Source of the DNA: Antedon mediterranea
Lineage: Eukaryota > Animalia > Echinodermata
DNA: 64,000 nt
NCBI RefSeq assembly: GCF_964355755.1
Contig: NC_092679.1
Coordinates: 8,524,201 to 8,588,200, forward strand
Reading direction: 5' to 3'
The translations under genes were made by a program, and so were the position numbers. Below, piece after piece: positions 54,101-64,000 of the stretch. The notes beneath the pieces were generated by a model. It made no database searches and was not told the origin of the DNA. It saw only the letters and a list, made by a program, of their open reading frames with translations. How positions within the stretch are numbered: position 1 is the first letter of the stretch; each line of letters begins with the position of its first letter.

Positions 54101-57100
54101 CGAGAGAGAGAAAGATCAGCGAGAGAGAGATAGGTTAGCGACAGAGAGATAGATCAGCGAGAGAGAGATAGATCAGCGAGAGAGATATAGATCAGCGAGA
54201 GAGAGATAGATCAGCGAGAGAGAGATAGATCAGCGAGAGAGAGAAAGATCAGCGAGAGATAGATAGATCAGTGAGAGAGAGATAGGTCAGCGAGAGAGAG
54301 ATAGATTAGCGAGAGAGAGATAGATAAGCGAGAGAGAGAGATAGATCAGAGAGAGAGAGATAGATCAGCGAGAGAGAGATAGATCAGCGAGAGAGTGATA
54401 GATTAGCAAGAGAGAGATAGATCAGCGAGAGAGATAGATCAGCGAGAGAGAGAGAGATCAGCGAGAGAGAGATAGATCAGCGAGAGAGAGATAGATCAGC
54501 GAGAGAGAGATAGATCAGCGAGAGAGAGATAGATAGATCAGCGAGAGAGAGATAGATCAGCGAGAGAGATATAGATCAGCGAGAGAGAGATAGATCAGCG
54601 AGAGATAGATAGATCAGCGAGAGAGAGAGAGAGATAGATCAGCAAGAGAGAGATAGATCAGCGAGTGAGAGATAGATCAGCGAGAGCGAGATAGATTAGC
54701 GAGAGAGAGATAGATCAGCGAGAGAGAAATAGATCAGCGAGAGAGAGAGAGATAGATCAGCGAGAAAGAGATAGATCAGCGAGAGAGATAGATACATCAG
54801 CGAGAGAGAGATAGATCAGCGACAGAGAGAGAGATAGATCAGCGAGAGAGAGAGATAGATCAGCGAGAGAGAGATAGATCAGCGAGAGAGAGATAGATCA
54901 GCGAGAGGGAGAGATAGTTCAGCGAGAGAGATATAGATCAGCGAGAGAGAGATAGATCAGCGAGAGAGAGATAGATCAGCGAGAGAGAGATAGATCAGCG
55001 AGAGAGAGAGATAGATCAGCGAGAGAGAGAGATAGATCAGCGAGAGAGAGAAAGATCAGCGAGAGAGAGAAAGATCAGCGACAGAGAGATAGATCAGCGA
55101 CAGAGAGATAGATCAGCGAGAGAGAGATAGATCAGCGAGAGAGAGAGAGGTCAGCGAGAGAGAGAGATAGATCAGCGAGAGAGAGATAGATCAGCGAGAG
55201 AGAGATAGATAGATCAGCGAGAGAGAGATAGATAGATCAGCGAGAGAGAGATAGATCAGCGAAAGAGAGATAGATAGATCAGCGAGAGAGAGATAGATCA
55301 GCGAGAGAGATAGATTAGCGAGAGAGAGAGATAGATAGATGAGCGAGAGAGAGAGATAGATCAGCGAGAGAGAGATAGATCAGCAAGAGAGAGATAGATA
55401 GATCAGCGAGAGAGAGATAGATAGATCAGCGAGAGAGAGATAGATAGATCAGCGAGAGAGAGATAGATAGATCAGCGAGAGAGAGATAGATCAGCGAGAG
55501 AGAGATAGATCAGCGAGAGAGAGAGATAGATCAGCGAGAGAGACAGAGAGAGATAGATAAGCGAGAGAGAGATAGATCAGCGAGAGAGAGATAGATCAGC
55601 GAGAGAGAGATAGATCAGCGAGAGGGAGAGATAGATCAGCGAGAGAGAGATAGATCAGCGAGAGAGAGATAGATCAGCGAGAGAGATAGATCAGCGAGAG
55701 AGAGATAGATCAGCGAGAGAGAGATAGATCAGCGAGAGAGAGAGATGGATCAGCGAGAGAGAGAGAGATAGATCAGCGAGATAGAGAAAGATCTGCGAGA
55801 GAGAGATAGATCAGCGAGAGAGAGATAGATCAGCGAGAGTAGATCAGCGAGAGAGAGATAGATCAGCGAGAGAGAGATAGATCAGCGAGAGAGAGAGAGA
55901 GAGATAGATCAGCGAGATAGAGAAAGATCAGCGAGAGAGAGATAGATCAGCGACAGAGAGATAGATCAGCGAGAGAGATATAGATCAGCGAGAGAGATAT
56001 TGATCAGCGAGAGAGAGATAGGTCAGCGAGAGATAGATAGATCAGCGAGAGAGAGATAGATCAGCGAGAGAGAGAGAGATAGATCAGCGAGAAAGAGATA
56101 GATCAGCGAGAGAGATAGATAGATCAGCAAGAGAGAGAAAGATCAGCGAGAGAGAGATAGATCAGCGACAGAGAGATAGATCAGCGAGAGAGAGATAGAT
56201 CAGCGAGAGAGAGAGAGGTCAGCGAGAGAGAGAGATAGATCAGCGAGAGAAAGATAGATCAGCGAGAGAGAGATAGATAGATAGGCGAGAGAGAGATAGA
56301 TAGATCAGCGAGAGAGAGATAGATCAGCGAAAGAGAGATAGATAGATCAGCGAGAGAGAGATAGATCAGCGAGAGAGATAGATCAGCGAGAGAGTGATAG
56401 ATTAGCAAGAGAGAGATAGATCAGCGAGAGAGATAGATCAGCGAGAGAGAGAGAGATCAGCGAGAGAGAGATAGATCAGCGAGAGAGAGATAGATCAGCG
56501 AGAGAGAGAGAGAGATAGATCAGCAAGAGAGAGATAGATCAGCGAGAGAGAGATAGATCAGCGAGAGCGAGATAGATTAGCGAGAGAGAGATAGATCAGC
56601 GAGAGAGAGATAGATCAGCGAGAGAGAGAGAGATAGATCAGCGAGAAAGAGATAGATCAGCGAGAGAGATAGATACATCAGCGAGAGAGAGATAGATCAG
56701 CGACAGAGAGAGAGATAGATCAGCGAGAGAGAGAGAGATAGATCAGCGAGAGAGAGATAGATCAGCGAGAGAGAGATAGATCAGCGAGAGGGAGAGATAG
56801 TTCAGCGAGAGAGATATAGATCAGCGAGAGAGAGATAGATCAGCGAGAGAGAGATAGATCAGCGAGAGAGAGATAGATCAGCGAGAGAGAGAGATAGATC
56901 AGCGAGAGAGAGAGATAGATCAGCGAGAGAGAGAAAGATCAGCGAGAGAGAGAAAGATCAGCGACAGAGAGATAGATCAGCGACAGAGAGATAGATCAGC
57001 GAGAGAGAGATAGATCAGCGAGAGAGAGAGAGGTCAGCGAGAGAGAGAGATAGATCAGCGAGAGAGAGATAGATCAGCGAGAGAGAGATAGATAGATCAG

Positions 57101-59477
57101 CGAGAGAGAGATAGATAGATCAGCGAGAGAGAGATAGATCAGCGAAAGAGAGATAGATAGATCAGCGAGAGAGAGATAGATCAGCGAGAGAGATAGATTA
57201 GCGAGAGAGAGAGATAGATAGATGAGCGAGAGAGAGAGATAGATCAGCGAGAGAGAGATAGATCAGCAAGAGAGAGATAGATAGATCAGCGAGAGAGAGA
57301 TAGATAGATCAGCGAGAGAGAGATAGATAGATCAGCGAGAGAGAGATAGATAGATCAGCGAGAGAGAGATAGATCAGCGAGAGAGAGATAGATCAGCGAG
57401 AGAGAGAGATAGATCAGCGAGAGAGACAGAGAGAGATAGATAAGCGAGAGAGAGATAGATCAGCGAGAGAGAGATAGATCAGCGAGAGAGAGATAGATCA
57501 GCGAGAGGGAGAGATAGATCAGCGAGAGAGAGATAGATCAGCGAGAGAGAGATAGATCAGCGAGAGAGATAGATCAGCGAGAGAGAGATAGATCAGCGAG
57601 AGAGAGATAGATCAGCGAGAGAGAGAGATGGATCAGCGAGAGAGAGAGAGATAGATCAGCGAGATAGAGAAAGATCTGCGAGAGAGAGATAGATCAGCGA
57701 GAGAGAGATAGATCAGCGAGAGAGAGATAGATCAGCGAGAGAGAGATAGATCAGCGAGAGAGAGATAGATCAGCGAGAGAGAGAGAGAGAGATAGATCAG
57801 CGAGATAGAGAAAGATCAGCGAGAGAGAGATAGATCAGCGACAGAGAGATAGATCAGCGAGAGTGATATAGATCAGCGAGAGAGATATTGATCAGCGAGA
57901 GAGAGATAGGTCAGCGAGAGATAGATAGATCAGCGAGAGAGAGATAGATCAGCGAGAGAGAGAGAGATAGATCAGCGAGAAAGAGATAGATCAGCGAGAG
58001 AGATAGATAGATCAGCAAGAGAGAGAAAGATCAGCGAGAGAGAGATAGATCAGCGACAGAGAGATAGATCAGCGAGAGAGAGATAGATCAGCGAGAGAGA
58101 GAGAGAGGTCAGCGAGAGAGAGAGATAGATCAGCGAGAGAAAGATAGATCAGCGAGAGAGAGATAGATAGATAGGCGAGAGAGAGATAGATAGATCAGCG
58201 AGAGAGAGATAGATCAGCGAAAGAGAGATAGATAGATCAGCGAGAGAGAGATAGATCAGCGAGAGAGATAGATCAGCGAGAGAGTGATAGATTAGCAAGA
58301 GAGAGATAGATCAGCGAGAGAGATAGATCAGCGAGAGAGAGAGAGATCAGCGAGAGAGAGATAGATCAGCGAGAGAGAGATAGATCAGCGAGAGAGAGAT
58401 AGATAGATCAGCGAGAGAGAGATAGATCAGCGAGAGAGATATAGATCAGCGAGAGAGAGATAGATCAGCGAGAGATAGATAGATCAGCGAGAGAGATAGA
58501 TCAGCGAGAGAGAGATAGATCAGCGAGAGAGAGATAGATCAGCGAGAGAGAGAGATGGATCAGCGAGAGAGAGAGAGAGATAGATCAGCAAGATAGAGAA
58601 AGATCTGCGAGAGAGAGATAGATCAGCGAGAGAGAGATAGATCAGCGAGAGAGAGATAGATCAGCGAGAGAGAGATAGATCAGCGAGAGAGAGATAGATC
58701 AGCGAGAGAGAGAGAGAGAGAGAGATAGATCAGCGAGATAGAGAAAGATCAGCGAGAGAGAGATAGATCAGCAACAGAGAGATAGATCAGCGAGAGAGAT
58801 ATAGATCAGCGAGAGAGATATTGATCAGCGAGAGAGAGATAGGTCAGCGAGAGATAGATAGATCAGCGAGAGAGAGATAGATCAGCGAGAGAGAGAGAGA
58901 TAGATCAGCGAGAAAGAGATAGATCAGCGAGAGAGATAGATAGATCAGCGAGAGAGAGATAGATCAGCGAGAGAGAGAGAGATAGATCAGCGAGAGAGAG
59001 AGAGAGATAGATCAGCGAGAGAGAGATAGATCAGCTAGAGAGAGATAGATCAGCGAGAGGGAGAGATAGATCAGCGATAGAGATATAGATCAGCGAGAGA
59101 GAGAGATAGATCAGCGAGAGAGAGATAGATCAGCGAGAAAGAGATAGATCAGCGAGAGAGATAGATACATCAGCGAGAGAGAGATAGATCAGCGAGAGAG
59201 AGAGAGATAGATCAGCGAGAGAGAGAGAGAGATAGATCAGCGAGAGAGAGATAGATCAGCGAGAGAGAGATAGATCAGCGAGAGGGAGAGATAGTTCAGC
59301 GAGAGAGATATAGATCAGCGAGAGAGAGATAAATCAGCGAGAGAGAGAGATAGATCAGCGAGAATGAGAAAGATCAGCGAGAGAGAGATAGATCAGCGAC
59401 AGAGAGATAGATCAGCGAGAGGGAGATAGATCAGCGAGAGAGAGATAGATCAGCGAGAGAGAGATAGATCAGCGAGA

Positions 59478-60275
59478 GAGAGAGAGAGATCAGCGAGAGA
59501 GAGATCAGCGAGAGAGAGAGAGACCAGCGAGAAAAAGTGAGATAAGCGAGAGAGAGATCAGCAGTGAGAGAGAGAGCGATCAGCGAGAGAGAGATCAGTG
59601 AGAGAGAGATCAGCCACAGAGAGAACAGCGAGAGAGAGATCAGCTAGAGAGAGAGAGAGATAAGTGAGAGGAAAAGAGAGATCAGCGTTGAGAGAGCACA
59701 CTCACGTCATATTGCGAATTTTGGACAAAAAGTGTATTGAGAGCGCTTTTGATTTAAACATTAGCGCGAGCCTGTCTTACCGCTGAGAATTGTATTGAGA
59801 AACCCGAAGGGAGCCTTGAGAGAGATCAGCGAGAGAGAGATCAACGAGAGAGAGAGAGATCGGCGAGATAGAGATTAGCGATAGAGAGATCAGTGAGAGA
59901 GACTGAGGGCAACAAGAAAGAGACAGAGAGCAGCAAGAGGGACAGAGAGCAACGAGAGAGAGAGACAAATAGCAGCGATAGAGAGACAGATATCAGTGAG
60001 AAAGATACAGAGAGCAGCGAGAGAGCGAGAAAAAGATCAGCGAGAGATAGATCAGCGAGAGAGAAAGAGGTCAGCGAGAAAGAGTGAGATCAGCGAGAGA
60101 GAGATCAGCGAAAGAGAGATCAGCAGGAGAGAGATCAGCGAGAGAGACAGATAGCAGCGATAGAAAGACAGATAGAAGCGAGAGAGAGACAGAGAGCAGA
60201 GAGAGAGAGAGAGAGAGAGAGATCAGTGAGAGATAGATCAGCGAGAGAGAGATATTAGTGAGAGAGAGATCAGCG
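59478..60275 (+). repeat. Interrupting cassette copy 3 (unique core 59697-59817)
   Basis: Offset 18,094 bp from copy 2. The core is identical to copy 2 by eye. Confidence 0.95.
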
Positions 60276-63200
60276 AGAGAGATAGATCAGCGAGAGAGAG
60301 ATAGATCAGCGAGAGAGAGATAGATCAGCGAGAGAGAGATAGATCAGCGAGAGAGAGATAGATCAGCGAGAGAGAGATAGATAGATCAGCGAGCGAAAGA
60401 GAGATAGATCAGCGAGAGAGATAGATCAGCGAGAGAGAGATAGATAGATGAGCGAGAGAGAGATAGATCAGCGAGAGAGAGATAGATCAGCGAGAGAGAG
60501 ATAGATCAGCGAGAGAGAGATAGATAGATCAGCGAGAGAGATAGATAGATCAGCGAGAAAGAGATTGATAGATCAGCGAGAGAGAGATAGATGAGCGAGA
60601 GAGATAGATCAGCGAGAGAGATAGATAGATCAGCGAGAGAGAGATAGATCAGCGAGAGAGAGAGAGAGAGATAGATAAGCGAGAGAGAGAGATAGATCAG
60701 CGAGAGAGAGATAGATCAGCGAGAGAGAGATAGATCAGCGAGAGGGAGAGATAGATCAGCGAGAGAGAGATAGATCAGCGAGAGAGAGATAGATCAGCGA
60801 GAGAGATAGATCAGCGAGAGAGAGATAGATAAGCGAGAGAGAGATAGATCAGCGAGAGAGAGAGATGGATCAGCGAGAGAGAGAGAGATAGATCAGCTAG
60901 ATAGACAAAGAGCTGCGAGAGAGAGATAGATCAGCGAGAGAAAGATAGATCAGTGAGTGAGAGATAGATCACCGAGAGAGAGATAGATCAGCGAGAGAGA
61001 GATAGATCAGCGAGAGAGATAGATCAGCGAGAAAGAGAGAGATAGATCAGCGAGATAGAGAAAGATCAGCGAGAGAGAGATAGATCAGCGACAGAGAGAT
61101 AGATCAGCGAGAGAGATATAGATCAGCGAGAGAGATATAGATCAGCGAGAGAGAGAGATAGGTCAGCGAGAGATAGATAGATCAGCGAGAGAGAGAGAGA
61201 GAGATAGATCAGCAAGAGAGAGATAGATCAGCGAGAGAGATAGATAGATCAGCGAGAGTGAGATAGATTAGCGAGAGAGAGATAGATCAGCGAGAGAGAG
61301 ATAGATCAGCGAGAGAGAGAGAGATAGATCAGCGAGAAAGAGATAGATCAGCGAGAGAGATAGATAGATCAACGAGAGAGAGATAGATCAGCGAGAGAGA
61401 GAGAGAGATAGATCAGCGAGAGAGAGAGAGATAGATCAGCGAGAGAGATATAGATCAGCGAGAGAGAGATAGATCAGCGAGAGGGAGAGATAGATCAGCG
61501 AGAGAGAGATAGATCAGCGAGAGAGAGATAGATCAGCGAGAGAGAGATAGACCAGCGAGAGAGAGATAGATCAGCGAGAGAGAGAGATAGATCAGCGAGA
61601 GAGAGATATATCAGCGAGAGAGAGAAAGATCAGCGAGAGAGAGATAGATGAGCGACAGAGAGATAGATCAGCGAGAGAGAGATAGATCAGCGAGAGAGAT
61701 ATAGATCAGCGAGAGAGATAAATCAGCGAGAGAGAGATAGATAAGCGAGAGAAAGAAAGATCAGCGAGAGAGAGATAGATCAGAGAGAGAGAGATAGATC
61801 AGCGAGAGAGATAGATCAACGAGAGAGAGAGATAGATCAGCGAGAGAGAGAGAGATAGATCAGCGAGAGAGAGATAGATCAGCGAGCTAGAGATATATAA
61901 GCGAGAGAGAGATAGATTAGCGAGAGAGAGATAGATCAGCGAGAGAGAGATAGATCAGCGAGAGAGAGAGAGATCAGCGAGAGAGAGAGATAGATCAGCG
62001 AGAGAGAGATAGATCAGCGAGAGAGAGAGATAGATCAGCGAGAGAGAGATAGATCAGCGAGAGAAAGAGAGATAGATCAGCGAGAGAGAGAGAGAGAGAG
62101 ATAGATCAGCGAGAGAGAGAGAGATAGATCAGCGAGAGAGAGTGAGAGAGATAGATCAGCGAGAGAGAGTGAGAGAGATAGATCAGCGAGAGAGAGAGAT
62201 CAGCGAGAGATAGATAGATCAGCGAGAGGGAGAGATAGATCAGCGAGAGAGAAATAGATCAGCGAGAGAGAGATAGATCAGCGAGAGGGAGAGATAGATC
62301 AGCGAGAAAGAGATAGATCAGCGAGAGAGAGATAGATCAGCGAGAGAGAGATAGATCAGCGAGAGAGAGATAGATCAGCGAGAGAGAGATAGATCAGCGA
62401 GAGAGAGATAGATCAGCGAGAGAGAGAGATAGATCAGCGAGATAGAGAAAGATCAGCGAGAGAGAGATAGATCAGCGACAGAGAGATAGATCAGCGAGAG
62501 AGAGATAGATCAGCGAGAGAGATATAGATCAGCGAGAGAGAGAGAGATAGATCAGCGAGAGCGAGATAGATTAGCGAGAGAGAGATAGATCAGCGAGAGA
62601 GAGAGATAGATCAGCGAGAGAGAAAGAGAGATAGATCAGCGAGAAAGAGATAGATCAGCGAGAGAGATAGATAGATCAGCGAGAGAGAGAAAAAGAGATA
62701 GATCAGCGAGAGAGAGAGAGAGAGAGATAGATCAGCGAGAGAGAGAGAGATAGATCAGCGAGAGAGAGATAGATCAGCGAGAGGGAGAGATAGATCAGCG
62801 AGAGAGATAGATCAGCGAGAGAGAGATAGATCAGCGAGAGAGAGATAGCTCAGCGAGAGAGAGAGATAGATCAACGAGAGAGAGAGAGAGATAGATCAGC
62901 GAGAGAGAGAGAGATCAGCGAGAGAGAGACAGATCAGCGAGAGAGAGATAGATCAGCGAGAGAGAGATAGATAGATCAGCGAGAGAGAGATAGATCAGCG
63001 AGAGAGATATAGATCAGCGAGAGAGAGATAGATCAGCGAGAGATAGATAGATATGCGAGAGAGAGATAGATCAGCAAGAGAGAGATAGATCAGCGAGAGA
63101 GAGAGATAGATCAGCGAGAGCGAGATAGATTAGCGAGAGAGAGATAGATCAGCGAGAGAAAGATAGATCAGCGAGAAAGAGATAGATCAGCGAGAGAGAT

Positions 63201-63640
63201 AGATAGATCAGCGAGAAAGAGATAGATCAGCGAGAGAGAGAGAGAGAGATAGATCAGCGAGAGAGAGAGAGATAGATCAGCGAGAGAGAGATAGATCAGC
63301 GAGAGAGAGATAGATCAGCGAGAGAGAGATAGATCAGCGAGAGAGAGATAGATCAGCGAGAGAGAGATAGATCAGCGAGAGAGAGATAGATCAGCGAGAG
63401 AGAGAGATATATCAGCGAGAGAGAGAAAGATCAGCGAGAGAGAGAGAGAGATAGATCAGCGACAGAGAGATAGATCAGCGAGAGAGAGATAGATCAGCGA
63501 GAGAGAGAGAGATCAGCGAGAGAGAGAGATAGATCAGCGAGAGAGAGATAGATCAGCGAGAGAGAGAGAGAGATAGATTAGCGAGAGAGAGAGAGATAGA
63601 TCAGCGAGAAAGAGATAGATCAGCGAGAGAGATAGATACA

Positions 63641-63650
63641 TATATATATA
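63641..63650. repeat. (TA)5 microsatellite at the junction between array and unique sequence
   Basis: ...GATAGATACA TATATATATA AACTTTATTT... Confidence 0.9.
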
Positions 63651-63810
63651 AACTTTATTTAGACACGAGACTGATGTGCAGTACAACTCGTTCAATCAAT
63701 ATTGATTGTTTTTACACAAGTTCGTGATACTGTATTACAAAACAAAAAAAAATCAACACCATATAAATACAACAGAAACGAAAAAAATTGATATTGAAAA
63801 GAAATAAAAT
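63641..63810 (-). mobile_element. Putative 3' terminus of a non-LTR retrotransposon (LINE/SINE-like) or other retroposed transcript
   Basis: The minus strand reads ACGAG-TTGT-ACTG-CACAT-CAGT-CTCGT-GTCTA-AATAAA-GTT-(TA)n. This is a bulged stem-loop, then AATAAA, then a short-repeat tail, preceded by T-rich UTR-like sequence. No reverse transcriptase ORF is visible in the window, so the call is inferred from architecture only. Confidence 0.4.
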
Positions 63811-63812
63811 TA

Positions 63813-63920
63813 CAGCAGAATCCCCTTCATCTGACACCTCTATTTAGGGTACACCATACCGGTACTTCCCGTGTAAACGGAAACCCTTATCGAAGTGTAT
63901 AATTCATGGGGATTCAACTG
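63813..63920. mobile_element. Putative 108-bp MITE of Tc1/mariner (pogo/Tigger-like) type
   Basis: Left end CAGCAGAATCCCC matches the reverse complement of the right end, CAGTTGAATCCCC, at 11/13 positions. TA lies on both sides (63811-12, 63921-22). Weaker inverted similarity continues inward (ACACCTC/GAAGTGT, AGGGT/ACCCT). CAG...CTG termini with a TA target duplication are established hallmarks of this superfamily. Confidence 0.55.
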
Positions 63921-64000
63921 TAATACATAATAAATCTTTTGGATTTCATTGACGTTAAAATAATAGTGATAAAACACACATTTTACATAGTATTTAGCCA

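Larger units (their letters stand above)
29319..62790 (+). repeat. Macro-repeat: cassette-to-cassette units of 12.3 kb and 18.1 kb plus a partial third unit
   Basis: Private variants run colinearly across units: GAGCTAGAGATATATAAG (30781/43782/61884), ATCACTGAG (~33961/~45887), CAGCTAAAAAG (~35267/~47187), GAGAATGAGAAAG (~41266/~59360), AGACAAAGAGCTG (42811/60903). Confidence 0.85.
1..63641 (+). repeat. Tandem satellite/minisatellite array, monomer TAGATCAGC(GA)n (modal 19 bp, TAGATCAGCGAGAGAGAGA); open at the left edge of the window
   Basis: Seen directly throughout, always in the same orientation. n ranges from about 3 to 15, and an extra TAGA (GATAGATAGATC) is frequent. Recurrent variants include GATTAGC, GATAAGC, CAGCAAG, CAGTGAG, GGTCAGC, CGACAG, GAGGGAG and GAAAGATC. 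The modal monomer is 15/19 purine on the + strand and 9/19 GC. Confidence 0.99.

Noticed and set aside
59777-59968. 63-aa minus-strand Ser/Leu-rich ORF
   Set aside because: It is a translation of (TC)n-rich sequence and is not reported in the other two cassette copies.
1-63641. CRISPR-like repeat-spacer reading of constant core plus variable spacer
   Set aside because: The core is only 9 bp, the spacers are just (GA)n rather than unique sequences, and there is no leader or cas gene.
1-63641. Giant repetitive-protein CDS or telomeric repeat
   Set aside because: Canonical monomers carry TAG on the + strand and TGA on the - strand with shifting frame, so all frames close quickly. There are no telomere-type G-runs, though an unusual subtelomeric location cannot be excluded.
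1-63641. Whole array as a pure sequencing artefact
   Set aside because: Rare variants recur in ordered, hierarchical blocks with private differences, which random error would not produce. Exact copy numbers and GA-run lengths may still be mis-assembled.
63820-63890. Hammerhead ribozyme (hairpin followed by GAAAC; CAGATGA on the minus strand)
   Set aside because: No CUGANGA box precedes the stem on the same strand, and the two partial motifs lie on opposite strands.

Overview
About 99% of this window (1 to ~63,641) is one unidirectional tandem array. Its monomer is a compound minisatellite, TAGATCAGC(GA)n, with modal n=5 (19 bp) and roughly 3,000 copies by my estimate. Point variants of the monomer reveal nested duplications of about 0.34, 0.9, 1.5, 1.8-1.9, 2.2, 3.8 and 6.4 kb. 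Three near-identical ~0.8 kb cassettes, 12,284 and 18,094 bp apart, interrupt the array. Each has a 121-bp non-repetitive core flanked by degenerate monomers, and together they define a variable-length macro-repeat. The array ends abruptly at ~63,641 against AT-rich unique DNA. Read on the minus strand, that flank shows a bulged stem-loop, AATAAA and a (TA)n tail, resembling the 3' end of a non-LTR retrotransposon. It also contains a 108-bp TA-flanked inverted-repeat element resembling a Tc1/mariner (pogo-like) MITE. I found no credible protein-coding, rRNA, tRNA or CRISPR feature; the five ORFs are low-complexity by-products. The sequence looks like eukaryotic satellite DNA, but the organism cannot be identified. 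Duplication boundaries were placed by eye and are approximate.
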